DNA from: Chthoniobacteraceae bacterium
Lineage (GTDB): Bacteria > Verrucomicrobiota > Verrucomicrobiia > Chthoniobacterales > Chthoniobacteraceae
DNA length: 64,000 nucleotides
Assembly (NCBI GenBank): GCA_040081625.1
Contig: JBEBGD010000002.1
Span: 32,001 to 96,000 of the forward strand
Direction of reading: 5' to 3'
Shown here: piece after piece, positions 10,615-20,705 of the stretch
Layout of the letters: each line of letters begins with the position of its first letter
How positions within the stretch are numbered: position 1 is the first letter of the stretch
Program-made: the position numbers and the translations under genes
The notes under the pieces: generated by a model
What the model saw: the letters and a program-made list of their open reading frames with translations, nothing else
Told to the model about the DNA's origin: nothing
Database searches by the model: none

Positions 10615-11340
10615 ATGCGTCTGATTTCGTGGAATTGCAAAGGTGCCTTCCATCGGAAGAATCACCTCGTAACCGCACTCAATCCAGATGTGCTGATCGT
10701 TCCAGAGTGCGAGCAGATGGATGCGCTTCCAGCGGAACTTGGGTCACGGTCGGCTTCCTCGTTCCACTGGTTCGGCAGCGATCCGAGAAAGGGCATGGCG
10801 GTCATGTCATTTGGTGATTACGCGCTGGAGCCGTTGCCGATCTCCGATGGCCCGAAGTGGGTGATTCCATTGAAGGTGACTGGACGTGAATCATTCCTCC
10901 TGTTCGCGGTGTGGACGATCCCGGTCATTGAGATCGCTTCTTACGTTTTGCCGCTCTTCCAGGCACATCGACTCTACCGGGAGCACTGGCACGAATCGGA
11001 AGTCGTGTGGGCCGGTGACTTCAACGCCAACGTGCTGTTCGACAGACCGAGTCGGCGCTACAAGTTCAGGGACTTCATCGTCGAACTCGAAGCGGACGGC
11101 ATTCGCAGCCTCTACCACGAGCATTTCAAGAATGATCATGGCGCAGAAGCACGCAAGACCTTCTACCACTACCACCACGAAGAACGCGCTCATCACATCG
11201 ACTACGTCTTCGCCAGCGGCGGAGTTCGACAGCACGGATTCTCACTCACGCTTGGATCTTTCGCCGAGTGGGCTCGCCACAGCGATCATGTGCCAGTGGT
11301 GTGTGACCTTTTCGTGGATCACGCCGCCGTCAGCACATGA
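10615..11340 (+). CDS. endonuclease/exonuclease/phosphatase family protein
   Basis: ISWN, PE, AGDFN, IDY, SDH motifs. Confidence 0.92.
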   Translation: MRLISWNCKGAFHRKNHLVTALNPDVLIVPECEQMDALPAELGSRSASSFHWFGSDPRKGMAVMSFGDYALEPLPISDGPKWVIPLKVTGRESFLLFAVWTIPVIEIASYVLPLFQAHRLYREHWHESEVVWAGDFNANVLFDRPSRRYKFRDFIVELEADGIRSLYHEHFKNDHGAEARKTFYHYHHEERAHHIDYVFASGGVRQHGFSLTLGSFAEWARHSDHVPVVCDLFVDHAAVST

Positions 11341-11386
11341 ATCGTTCGCTCAGCAACGAGATCACGAGTTCGCTCGACATAGGCTT

Positions 11387-11986
11387 TTACTCGCAAGCAG
11401 CACGCAACGATTTAACGGCACCCACGAGAATCACGTCGCTGGCAAAGCCGGGAGCTTCAACGCGAATGACGTGAGAGAAATTGAGGGCTTCTCGCATCTT
11501 CGCCACAACGCGCTGTCGCCATTGGTTCTCGCGCCATTGATGCTGGTAGAGCAGCAGCAAATCTCCTGAAGCAAGATTTTCCCAAATTGCTTGGCATTCG
11601 TCTGCGCGAACATGTTTCTCCGAGGCGCTCTTTGGTGCGAGCCCCGTGTCTGGATCAATGAGAACGAGCTTGCGACCGGTGAGCAATTTCAGCTCTTCGA
11701 GTGCGTCGTCGAAGTAGGAGCGGCGCTTTGCGTGAGTGAACCCCTGCTCGAAGATGTGAAGTTTCGGCGAGCCGAAGAGCCGTTCGACATTTCGTAGCGA
11801 TCGAAAGTGCTTCCAGACCGGATCGACCACAGGAAATCTGTTTCCGTCGATTTCGAACTCATGTGCAGCCGAATGCGTGAGCATCGCAATGTGGAATACC
11901 ACATCGACCTCGTGCTGCTTGCAGAGCTGGAGCACGGCTGACCATTTGAGCAGATCACGTTTGTCGCCATACCAGGACTCTTTCAT
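11387..11986 (-). CDS. hypothetical protein (possible degenerate Rossmann/methyltransferase-like fold)
   Basis: MKESWYGDKRDLLK N-terminus, LVLIDPDTG and LYQH motifs. Confidence 0.65.
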   Translation of the reverse strand: MKESWYGDKRDLLKWSAVLQLCKQHEVDVVFHIAMLTHSAAHEFEIDGNRFPVVDPVWKHFRSLRNVERLFGSPKLHIFEQGFTHAKRRSYFDDALEELKLLTGRKLVLIDPDTGLAPKSASEKHVRADECQAIWENLASGDLLLLYQHQWRENQWRQRVVAKMREALNFSHVIRVEAPGFASDVILVGAVKSLRAACE

Positions 11987-12168
11987 CGCGAGGAAGTTCT
12001 CCTTAAACCGTTCTGAAAGTAAAGACTGCGGCAATGCTCGACGACGAACCGCTGAGCAGGTCACGATGCATCTACTTCGCATGAGCGACCTCGGCCTCCA
12101 TCCAGATTTCCAACGGCTGCTGCACGAGGTCCGTTTGGGGCACGCCAATATTTCGTGGGCGGCTGAGA

Positions 12169-12549
12169 TCAACGAGTCTTCTCAGCGGCCAGCGCAAACG
12201 TTCCTGTCCAATCTCGAATTCTACCGACCGCTCGATTCAATCCGATAACAGCATCAGGAAATGAGCCGTGACCTTCTTTGGCTCCAATAAACGGTCGCAC
12301 TTTTTCAACGGCTTCCTGCATGTGCTCAAGATCCAGATTGAGCCGACGCATGATCGCGAGCAGCTCAGTTCGAAGCACCTGACCTTCGGTTTCGAAACAC
12401 GACGGTTTTGACGGAGGTGGGAGACGATCATCCGAGAGCATTTCCAGGACTTCACGAATTCTTTGCAGTGCTTTCCACGCACGAACGCGGCTCTCTTGAG
12501 ATTCCTTGAGAGTTGGACAGACCGCAGATTTTGGGTTCACTGTGTTCAT
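12169..12549 (-). CDS. hypothetical protein
   Basis: ORF with RBS-like AAAAGGGG; start codon lies inside the LexA-like box. Confidence 0.6.
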   Translation of the reverse strand: MNTVNPKSAVCPTLKESQESRVRAWKALQRIREVLEMLSDDRLPPPSKPSCFETEGQVLRTELLAIMRRLNLDLEHMQEAVEKVRPFIGAKEGHGSFPDAVIGLNRAVGRIRDWTGTFALAAEKTR

Positions 12550-12556
12550 GTGAACA
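12543..12556. promoter_or_regulatory. Verrucomicrobia-type LexA (SOS) box
   Basis: TGTTC-ATGT-GAACA matches the TGTTC-N4-GAACA consensus; lies between divergent genes, upstream of SRAP. Confidence 0.75.
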
Positions 12557-12640
12557 TCCCCTTTTATTGGGGACAATGAATTTCTTGCGTTCGACGGCTG
12601 AGCTTCACTTCCGCATGGTTCGTCTGCATCTTCTCACCCC

Positions 12641-13321
12641 ATGTGCGGTCGATACCGACTTTCGCAGGCTGAACTTTTTGCCGAGATGAACGACGTTCGT
12701 CTGGGCGGCAATCCGTTCCCAAAACGCTACAACATCGCACCGACGCAGAAGGTGCCCGTGGTGCTCGATGAGTCGTCGGACACATTCACAATAGTCCGCT
12801 GGGGATTGATTCCATCGTGGGCCAAGGATGCAAAGATCGCGTCGAGCTTGATCAATGCTCGATCAGAAACCGTGGCAGAAAAACCTGCATTTCGATCCGC
12901 CTACAAGAAGCGACGATGCTTGGTGCCTGCTGATGGATTTTACGAGTGGCAGAAGAGCGGCACGATGAAGATCCCGCAGCACATCTTCATGCGCAGTGGT
13001 GAGCCGTTCGCTTTCGCTGGCCTGTGGGAAATCTGGCGTGATCCAGCGACACCCGATGCTGAGTCCGTTCGTTCATTCACCATCCTCACCACCACACCGA
13101 ATGAAGTGCTGGCACCAATCCATGATCGAATGCCGGTGATCCTGCCACGAGCGAGCTACAAAGCCTGGCTGTCTGCGGATACGTCTGCTGATGATCGCAA
13201 AGCTCTTCTAGCGCCATTTGTGGCTCAAGAAATGACTGCTCAGCCAATCTCAACCCGAGTGAACACACCGCGAAATGATGATACTTCGATCATTGAGCCG
13301 GTGACGACGCTGTTTCCATGA
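12641..13321 (+). CDS. SOS response-associated peptidase (SRAP/YedK/HMCES family)
   Basis: MCGRY start, YNIAPTQ, INARSET, GFYEW, IHDRMP. Confidence 0.96.
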   Translation: MCGRYRLSQAELFAEMNDVRLGGNPFPKRYNIAPTQKVPVVLDESSDTFTIVRWGLIPSWAKDAKIASSLINARSETVAEKPAFRSAYKKRRCLVPADGFYEWQKSGTMKIPQHIFMRSGEPFAFAGLWEIWRDPATPDAESVRSFTILTTTPNEVLAPIHDRMPVILPRASYKAWLSADTSADDRKALLAPFVAQEMTAQPISTRVNTPRNDDTSIIEPVTTLFP

Positions 13322-13590
13322 TCCGCGTTGAACCAATCTCCGATGACGAATGGCTCGTGACGGTTGAGGCGACCACCACGACAAAGCATCGAGTGCGAGT
13401 CACACCGACTGACCTCCACAAATTCGGTGGTGGTGAAGTGACGGTGGAGCAGTTGTTGGAAGCGAGTTTTCGATTCCTGCTCGAACGTGAATCCAACTGC
13501 TCGATCCTCAGCTCGTTCGATCTGCCCGTAATCAGCACCTACTTCCCTGAATACGAAAAACAGATCTGCGGCTACATCACACGCAGATGA
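13318..13590 (+). CDS. small hypothetical protein
   Basis: ATGA overlap with SRAP; SFRFLLERES...FDL...YFPEYE motif. Confidence 0.75.
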   Translation: MIRVEPISDDEWLVTVEATTTTKHRVRVTPTDLHKFGGGEVTVEQLLEASFRFLLERESNCSILSSFDLPVISTYFPEYEKQICGYITRR

Positions 13591-13691
13591 GCGTGAGGAC
13601 ACGGCTGCGATCATGTGCGCTGAAGCGGTGGATGGCGTTGTCACCGCCCATCAATTGCTGAAAATCCTTCATTGGTGATGAGACTCTAATA

Positions 13692-15767
13692 ATGCATTTT
13701 CCACTCATGAGCGCCGACTCCCAAGCGTCACCTCCATCTACTACGACCTACGAGCTTGAGTGGAAATACAATCCCCGACTCGTGACCAATCACCTTGGTC
13801 GCAGCAAGTATTCCTCGACCGTAAAGGCGCTTCGAGAGCTGGTGGCAAATGCCTTTGATGCGCATGCGACGAAAGTAACCGTTCTTCTTCATTCGAGTGA
13901 GCTTGGGGAAGTGCTGAGCATTACCGTGCAGGACAACGGGCATGGCATCTCGCCAGAAATTCTGCGGACACGTTTCATGGAGGTTGCTGTGGAAACCTCA
14001 AATTCAGACCCGAGTCGTCTCGGTCGCTTCGGTGTAGGGCGGCTGGCGGTTCACAGAATAGGTGCGTTCAGCAAATGGACGACTACGTCTGATGGCAGCA
14101 ATGGCGATAAGGTGAGATGCACGTTTACGATCGGCGATAGCCCCTCGGCATTGAAAGTTATTCAGGAGTCCGCTCCCGCAGAGGAAGAGTGCGGCACATT
14201 CATTGAGATCTTCGAAATACGTGATCGAGATCGAGAGAAGCCGACCGCGCCCGGCATATCCAGCGACCTCACTGCGCACTTCTGTGGTTATCTTTTGGGC
14301 AATCCGAGGCAAGAGATCTGGGTCCAAGGCGAGAGAATCGACGTAACACAACGAATCCTCAGCCGGGAGCTGGAGACGATTCCAGCAGAAGGTCGCATCA
14401 AGGAAAACGCCAGGCTCGAACATATTTTGTTCACGAGCCCTCTGGATCAGACCCGCTTCCCCTTTCAAATTATCTTTGCAGGCAAAGGGAGAACTGTTGC
14501 GACTGAAAAGTTGGAAACGCCGCCCACTCCTAACTATCTCGCTCTTGTAGAATGCCCCCACTTAGATTCCCTTGTCACCGCAAACCGTGAGTTGCTCGTA
14601 GAGATGGACGATGAGTTTACACAACTGCGAGATGCTGCACTCGGTCGTATCCAACGATTCGGAGAGCGGTTCAAAAGCGAACGGGTCAAGACATTCATTC
14701 AGCGAGCCCGCCAACAGGAGTATTACCCTTACCGTAGTCCTACCGAAGACCCGCTGACATCGGCGAAACAGGCAATCTACGATGTCGTTTTAGAGAAAGT
14801 CCATGAAACGGCGAATGTGGAAAGCATGACAAAGCGTCAGCAAGAGCTTGTATTCAGACTGCTCCATCGGTCTTTGGAAAACGAAGACGTTTTGGAAGTA
14901 TTGAGTGAAGTGGCCCGGCTTAGCGACGACGATTTTGAGCGTTTTCGCAAACTGCTTGAGCGAACTACACTTGATTCGATTCTGAAGCTTTCGTCCGAGG
15001 TCTCGCACCGGTTGGATTTCTTGGATGTGCTTCATGGATTGATCTATGGGGACACGAAGAAGCACCTTAAAGAACGTTCGCAACTCCACCGAATTCTCGA
15101 ACCCGACTGTTGGCTTTTCGGCGCTCAATTCCATCTAGCGGCAAGCGACCGCAGTTTTAGGGAGGTCATGAGAAAGCATCGCGCAATGGCCGGTTTGCCT
15201 GATGTTGCGGACGACGATTTGGCTCAGCTTGGTGGGATCGACGACATCCCCGACCTGTTCCTCGCCTCGTCACGAGACTATCCATTCGCACCAAAGCATC
15301 GTCACCTTTTAGTTGAGCTGAAGGCACCTAATGTCTCGCTTGGAACTAAAGAATTGAGTCAGATTCGACGCTATGCTGATACAATTCTGAGTTCTCACGA
15401 ATTCGACAAGAGTTCTACTCGGTGGGATCTGTTTCTCATCTCGGGTCGTTGCACAGGTCAGATTGCGCGTGATCGCCAACAAAAGGATAAACCGCATGGC
15501 TGCGTTTGGGAATGGGATGCGATGACTGTATGGGCATTTGAATGGAGCGAGATCATAGCAAAAGCGAAAGAGGAAATGATGCTCGTAAAGGACCATCTGA
15601 AACGCAAATCGGAGGAACTTACCGTCTCGCAGTATCTTTCGGAGAACTTTCCAGACATCCTCGAATCACTTACCAAGAAGTTCTCATCTGGGGCTGATCC
15701 TGCGTCGACTGGTGCGCCACACACCAATGAAGGCGTTGCTGCTCCTAGCAGTGTGACGGCGCAATAA
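13692..15767 (+). CDS. GHKL (MORC/Hsp90-like) ATPase fused to a C-terminal PD-(D/E)xK nuclease-like domain
   Basis: ELVANAFDA, DNGHG, GRFGVG; C-terminal WLFG...IPDLFL...VELK...QIRRY. Confidence 0.85.
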   Translation: MHFPLMSADSQASPPSTTTYELEWKYNPRLVTNHLGRSKYSSTVKALRELVANAFDAHATKVTVLLHSSELGEVLSITVQDNGHGISPEILRTRFMEVAVETSNSDPSRLGRFGVGRLAVHRIGAFSKWTTTSDGSNGDKVRCTFTIGDSPSALKVIQESAPAEEECGTFIEIFEIRDRDREKPTAPGISSDLTAHFCGYLLGNPRQEIWVQGERIDVTQRILSRELETIPAEGRIKENARLEHILFTSPLDQTRFPFQIIFAGKGRTVATEKLETPPTPNYLALVECPHLDSLVTANRELLVEMDDEFTQLRDAALGRIQRFGERFKSERVKTFIQRARQQEYYPYRSPTEDPLTSAKQAIYDVVLEKVHETANVESMTKRQQELVFRLLHRSLENEDVLEVLSEVARLSDDDFERFRKLLERTTLDSILKLSSEVSHRLDFLDVLHGLIYGDTKKHLKERSQLHRILEPDCWLFGAQFHLAASDRSFREVMRKHRAMAGLPDVADDDLAQLGGIDDIPDLFLASSRDYPFAPKHRHLLVELKAPNVSLGTKELSQIRRYADTILSSHEFDKSSTRWDLFLISGRCTGQIARDRQQKDKPHGCVWEWDAMTVWAFEWSEIIAKAKEEMMLVKDHLKRKSEELTVSQYLSENFPDILESLTKKFSSGADPASTGAPHTNEGVAAPSSVTAQ

Positions 15768-15776
15768 CCGCAGGTC

Positions 15777-16619
15777 ATGTCTGTATCGGCACGCACCTAT
15801 GAAGATAGCATATGGCATCTCAGCTCACAGCTCGCTCTAGTTCGCTTCTCTCTGCGGCACTTTTCAACGACTCGGCAATCGCGGCGTGATTTCCTGACAG
15901 ATCGGAAGGCCCAAATTCGAAAAGGCTGGGAGCGATACGCTGAAATCGATCCTGAACAGTTTTTGGGAATGGCAGAGAAACTTGTTCCGATCATCGCAGA
16001 AAAGGAATCGACATGGATTCAGAATAATTTGGGCGCAATCATTGAGTTTGGGGAGCATCGGCTGAATGAAATGGAGCTTGTTCTTCGATACGCGTTCTGT
16101 GAGGCCACGATTACCGACGTGATCGGCAACATCCTTTGGGAATATCCCGAATTCATCGACGATCCTCTTCATCAAAGTTTCGATTTCCCAAAGAAGCCTC
16201 GACCAGACGAAGACCAAGAAGATTTCCGCGCAAGGCGCACCGAGAAACTAGTAGATGCCATTGACAAATTACGGTTCCTGCCACCGCTCAAGATAACCAA
16301 CACGCCACCAGCACGTCCAAGGTGTCTTATCCAGTATCTCTCGGAGGGGTTACGGCTAGATTTGCAGCATAAAACGATTCCAAAGATTCTGGAGAAGGTC
16401 CGTGTCGCTCGAAACACAATCGCTCATCGATCGGAGGTTTCCCCGAAGATTCTTACCGATGCGTTCATGAACGACGCTCGATTTGCGCTTTCTGAGTTCC
16501 CAAGGCAACTCATTGCAAAGAGTGCAGAGGAGTATCCTGACGCATCCACAATGGACGAGGGCGACGGAGGTATGGAACGTCCAGGGTATGTGCGCCATTG
16601 GATTCTTAAAGAGCTTTGA
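15777..16619 (+). CDS. putative HEPN-domain protein
   Basis: Helical protein with FCEA and the RxxxxH motif RNTIAH. Confidence 0.6.
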   Translation: MSVSARTYEDSIWHLSSQLALVRFSLRHFSTTRQSRRDFLTDRKAQIRKGWERYAEIDPEQFLGMAEKLVPIIAEKESTWIQNNLGAIIEFGEHRLNEMELVLRYAFCEATITDVIGNILWEYPEFIDDPLHQSFDFPKKPRPDEDQEDFRARRTEKLVDAIDKLRFLPPLKITNTPPARPRCLIQYLSEGLRLDLQHKTIPKILEKVRVARNTIAHRSEVSPKILTDAFMNDARFALSEFPRQLIAKSAEEYPDASTMDEGDGGMERPGYVRHWILKEL

Positions 16620-16649
16620 GCGAAGGGCAAAAGCCGCCTGACACCTACT

Positions 16650-16979
16650 TTGCCGAGCGACCACCACCACAGTGTTTACGTGATACTGCTCGATGAAGCG
16701 GTGGCGCTGCATCCGTCAGTCCTACGTGTGAACCCAAGGCGTGATCCATCGAAGCCTTGTGTTTACGTCGGGATGACTGGTCTGCCAGTTGAACACCGCT
16801 TCGAGAACCACAAGCACGGCTACAAGTCAGCCTGGACGGTAAAGAAGTATGGGGTTCGCCTGCTGCCCGAGCTTTACGAGCACCTGAACCCGATGCCGTT
16901 TGATGCTGCTGCACAGATGGAAAAGGATCTCACTGCCGATTTACGAGCGCAGGGCTACACGGTGACGGGTGGGACGTAA
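16650..16979 (+). CDS. GIY-YIG-like small nuclease domain protein
   Basis: SVYVILL...VYVGMT...RFENHK...E pattern. Confidence 0.7.
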   Translation: MPSDHHHSVYVILLDEAVALHPSVLRVNPRRDPSKPCVYVGMTGLPVEHRFENHKHGYKSAWTVKKYGVRLLPELYEHLNPMPFDAAAQMEKDLTADLRAQGYTVTGGT

Positions 16980-17003
16980 CGGAGTGGTCGATGGCGAACA
17001 GCG

Positions 17004-17816
17004 TCACTTCGCTCGTTTTCCGCTGCCTTTCGAAATCAGAATGCGCATTTCGTCGCCACTCAGCACTCGCCGCTTTTGCAGCGCAGTTGCGAGTCTCTTG
17101 ACCTGATCCCACCGCTTCTGCAATATTCGTCTAGCTCGTTTGATAAGCACGTTCAGGTAGCGTTCCCCGTCTGAGCGGCCTTTAGGCGCATATCGCTGAG
17201 CCAATGCACGCGCTCGGCTAATGTCGAATTCAGATCGATCCAACATTCGGCGCTCTGGGCAATACATCGTCTCAGCCAAACAGCCTGCAACATCCATCGT
17301 CATCTGGACCTCGGCACGTCTCCTATTCTTGCGGCGAAACAAGGCAGCGATGTCATCTCCACCAAAGGTCACGCCCAAAGCCTGTGTGTGACAAATGAGG
17401 TTTATCTCTCCATGCAGTTCAAAGGCTTTTGGCTCCAAGCTGATCGACAATATCTCGATACCGTGGGCATTTCCTACTATTGCATGTCCTGCCTCATGGT
17501 AGGCAATCATGTCACAATGTTGCTCCAGACCTTTTTCGAGATAGGTCTGCATCCTTCTTCGGTCGGATGCAAAGCGAGCCTTGGGATGAACCACAAATTG
17601 ACGGTGCTCTGACCACTTCCTATGAGCCTGAGAAATGATCGCGTCATAGGAGGAAGCCGTCACTTCACCTAAAACACGGCCATCGGTAATTGAAGCAACG
17701 AAATACGTGCACCGCCTGCTATACGTCCAGGTGGACACGGGACATCTGGCAATCGGCGCATCTGAATACCAGACGATCCCACTTACTTGCAGTTCTTTTG
17801 GGAGCACAGGAAACAT
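17004..17816 (-). CDS. stand-alone FtsH/M41-like zinc peptidase domain protein (start uncertain)
   Basis: IAYHEAGHA, AGCLAE, and a C-terminal LATALQKRRVLSGDE similar to the FtsH protease end. Confidence 0.7.
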   Translation of the reverse strand: MFPVLPKELQVSGIVWYSDAPIARCPVSTWTYSRRCTYFVASITDGRVLGEVTASSYDAIISQAHRKWSEHRQFVVHPKARFASDRRRMQTYLEKGLEQHCDMIAYHEAGHAIVGNAHGIEILSISLEPKAFELHGEINLICHTQALGVTFGGDDIAALFRRKNRRRAEVQMTMDVAGCLAETMYCPERRMLDRSEFDISRARALAQRYAPKGRSDGERYLNVLIKRARRILQKRWDQVKRLATALQKRRVLSGDEMRILISKGSGKRAK

Positions 17817-17840
17817 AGCCGTCTGAAGTGACTTTCTGAA

Positions 17841-18320
17841 TTACACCGCCGCCCACACCGGTTCCAGATCCTCATCCTCCATCGCCTGTAGTCGAAGTGA
17901 ATCATCGAGTTCAAAGGCCAGCTTCAGCTTGGCTTTAGACTCTTCGAGATTCCCAAGCTGGCACAAGTAGCTGGCAAGATTGTAGAGGATCACGGCAGAA
18001 GCAGGGTGTCGTTCCAGACCGTTTACCAGAATCAGCCGTGCAGCATCAATTGAATCAGCACGGCGGGTAGCTGAAGCCCAGGACGCCCACCACTGAGGAT
18101 TCTCTGGCTCAGTTGTCGCCAATCTCTTCGCCACAGTCTGCATCAACTCCCACTTTTCTAGAGCGTGGTAGATTTGAAGTCTGAAGACGAGCACCTGCGG
18201 CAGATGTCGATGCTCAGGAATGATTTTCTCCAGCTCCGCATTTGCGTCGAGGTTCATGCCCAGGGCGATGTAGCCGGAGGCAGCTCGCAGGTGAAGTTGA
18301 TCTTCCGGTGTGAAGGTCAT
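17841..18320 (-). CDS. TPR-repeat protein, homologue of host gene 6177-6674
   Basis: AASGYIALGM...YNLASY...DEDL aligns by eye with the host copy. Confidence 0.82.
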   Translation of the reverse strand: MTFTPEDQLHLRAASGYIALGMNLDANAELEKIIPEHRHLPQVLVFRLQIYHALEKWELMQTVAKRLATTEPENPQWWASWASATRRADSIDAARLILVNGLERHPASAVILYNLASYLCQLGNLEESKAKLKLAFELDDSLRLQAMEDEDLEPVWAAV

Positions 18321-18370
18321 CTGGGCCGATGGTGATGGACGCATGGACTCAACTCCAGTAGATTTCCACT

Positions 18371-18700
18371 GTGAATCCGCCACCACTTCCTCCAAACCCG
18401 GCTCAGACCGCACGCCCTGGTGATGACGCTGCAATGCGGTTTATTCTTCCAATCGGTCGCTCAACGTGGGCCATTGCTGCGGGCTACCTAGGCTTGTTCT
18501 CGATTCTTGTCCTGCCTGCTCCTATCGCACTCATTGTGTCGATTGTGGCGATCTGGGACATTCGAAGGAGCAAGAAATCGCAAAACCCAAAGTATGGTTT
18601 GGGTCGAGCCATATTTGGTTTGATCATGGGCCTCTTGGGTTGTGGGCTCATTGTTGCCGTTCTTATTGGATCGGTCGTAAGCGCAACACGCTACAAGTAG
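18371..18700 (+). CDS. DUF4190-like membrane protein
   Basis: Pro-rich N-terminus, two TM regions, GLGRAIFG motif. Confidence 0.75.
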   Translation: MNPPPLPPNPAQTARPGDDAAMRFILPIGRSTWAIAAGYLGLFSILVLPAPIALIVSIVAIWDIRRSKKSQNPKYGLGRAIFGLIMGLLGCGLIVAVLIGSVVSATRYK

Positions 18701-18727
18701 GACGATAACGCGTGTGTGAGGCTCAAC

Positions 18728-19285
18728 ATGACTCACAAGCAGAAGCTCATCGTAAGATTGAAGGAAGGGAGGCAGCGCGAGTATGAGCTGCACGAGCTTG
18801 TCTGGCTGTGGCGCACTGCTGAGCTTCCTCACGATGCCGCATACCTGGACGCGCAGGGCGAATGGCAGCCGGTGGAGCAGCTCGTAGGGCCGATCATCCA
18901 AGCGCAGGATGAATCACGAGTGTCGAAGGCGAGTGAAGTTCCAAAAGCATCAGCACAACGCGATGGACGACGATGGAAATTCGCTGTCGCTGCGCTGGCC
19001 GCTCTACTTCTCCTCTCTGCTCCCTACGTGCATGAGTCATACACGGAGCGCAAAGCAGCACAGGCCGAAGCAGACCGAGTTGCTGAGTGGGAGAGATCAG
19101 AACGATTCGAGGACTTCATCAGCAACCGTCAGGTGGTCGTCGGCATGAAGGCGGAGCATGTTCTCAGAGCATGGGGACAGCCGACAAAGAAGGACGACAC
19201 CGGCGAGAGAGAGCAATGGATCTACAGCAAGCGCGTCGTCACCTTTGAACGCGGTATCGTCACTCGATTGGACGACGCTCGTTGA
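18728..19285 (+). CDS. membrane protein with degenerate GYF_2-like N-terminus and SmpA/BamE-like C-terminus
   Basis: GEWQPV; one TM; GMKAEHVLRAWGQP...EQWIY...FERG. Confidence 0.6.
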   Translation: MTHKQKLIVRLKEGRQREYELHELVWLWRTAELPHDAAYLDAQGEWQPVEQLVGPIIQAQDESRVSKASEVPKASAQRDGRRWKFAVAALAALLLLSAPYVHESYTERKAAQAEADRVAEWERSERFEDFISNRQVVVGMKAEHVLRAWGQPTKKDDTGEREQWIYSKRVVTFERGIVTRLDDAR

Positions 19286-19294
19286 GCAACCTCT

Positions 19295-19519
19295 TCACTT
19301 CTTCCCGTCGCCGAACACATCTGAAAGCGAGCACTTGAGCCTCTTGAGAAGTCCATGTAGCCGCTTCAGCGTCATGCTCTGCTGGCAGTTCTCAAACCGG
19401 TGAAGACTCGATGCTCTAAATCCAGTCTTCGCCGAAAATTTGACATACGAAATCCCTCCTCGCTGCTCCTTGAGGAAAGCGGCGAGTTTTCTGTCGAATT
19501 CTGTGGGCACAAAAGGCAC
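19295..19519 (-). CDS. XRE-family HTH regulator
   Basis: LKEQRG...FSAKTG...SLHRFEN...TL pattern. Confidence 0.8.
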   Translation of the reverse strand: MPFVPTEFDRKLAAFLKEQRGGISYVKFSAKTGFRASSLHRFENCQQSMTLKRLHGLLKRLKCSLSDVFGDGKK

Positions 19520-19642
19520 CCGATGACGCTGGCGATCTCGTCATCCCTTTTGGGGGATGTTTTTGCTTGCCCGCATTCAAGAAAGGGAATACGCGGTCAC
19601 CCCTGCGGCGAATTAAACCTCCAACGCTGGTAAAGCACTACA

Positions 19643-20659
19643 ATGAGCACTCTACACACTCACATCACCGGCAGTTTTCAGTCTGCGTCAAAAGTGGCGT
19701 TCTTGCTTTTGATCGGAGTGCAATCGCACGCGGCTGACCTATTCTCTCAATCTGGGAAAGACAAAGCCGCCGAGGACCCAAGGTTTTCCACCGTCGCCGC
19801 GCTTCTTGACGCTACCCGAAGTGGCGATGTTCCTGGCTCACTCAACTCAAGCGACCCCGCGACAGGCAACCGCTATCAACGAGGTGTCGGGGCATCGGTC
19901 CTCGCCATCCTTCAGAAGCAGAATCTACTCCCCAAAACTTCTGTGAGACACGACACGGCAAGTATGATCGGCCTGATGTTCGTGAACATCTCGCAATACG
20001 AGTTGTCGGGTCACAAGGACGAGCATGCGCCCCAATCGTTTCGAAACAACTGGAAGCTATTCTGCGAACTCCATCGTGCCGACGAGAATCCCCAGTTTCG
20101 CGATCAACTCGACCTGATCTTTAAGGAGTATTCACAAGCGGTGCAAGAATCGCTTATCCTCAAGAAAGAACGTGATGATCAACGGATGGCAGAAAGCGCA
20201 GTGCAGCAGCGCGAAGCTGATCTGTCTGTCCAACGAATGAGCGAAACAGCCGCACAAAAGAAAGCGGTGGTTGATGCTCAGGCAGCTTCGAAGCGCGCAG
20301 AGGATGATGCTCGTGCTCTTGCTGTTCAAGGTGCGATGCAGGCTCAAGCTGAAGTGAGGAAAAAGAAGCTGGAGGCGATGCTGGCATCTCCAGCCTACAA
20401 GCTCTGGCGAGCGTCGCTACAGGTCGAAGAGGGCATCCGATTGATCACGAAGGGCCGGAGCGAACTGGCTGCTCAGACCGCAGTCGAGCGCGAATCAGGA
20501 GTGGTGGACCTTGCAGCACGCCGGGCAGCCGGTGAGCGCGTGTATGCAGGCAAACGTTTAGTCGAACAAGCGTTTGAAAGCTACCTGCAACTCGGAGGTG
20601 AAGCTGCCACGCCCGAAGAGGTCAAGGCTGGAGCAGACCCAGCAGCCGAATATCGCTAA
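19643..20659 (+). CDS. exported coiled-coil hypothetical protein
   Basis: Signal-like N-terminus, Ala/Gln-rich helical middle region. Confidence 0.6.
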   Translation: MSTLHTHITGSFQSASKVAFLLLIGVQSHAADLFSQSGKDKAAEDPRFSTVAALLDATRSGDVPGSLNSSDPATGNRYQRGVGASVLAILQKQNLLPKTSVRHDTASMIGLMFVNISQYELSGHKDEHAPQSFRNNWKLFCELHRADENPQFRDQLDLIFKEYSQAVQESLILKKERDDQRMAESAVQQREADLSVQRMSETAAQKKAVVDAQAASKRAEDDARALAVQGAMQAQAEVRKKKLEAMLASPAYKLWRASLQVEEGIRLITKGRSELAAQTAVERESGVVDLAARRAAGERVYAGKRLVEQAFESYLQLGGEAATPEEVKAGADPAAEYR

Positions 20660-20677
20660 GCAGTGCTCGGCAGGAAA

Positions 20678-20705
20678 GGGAGTCCATGGCGGCTCCCATT
20701 CTTTT
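20678..20705 (+). terminator. putative intrinsic terminator
   Basis: GGGAGTCC...GGCTCCC stem followed by ATTCTTTT. Confidence 0.5.
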
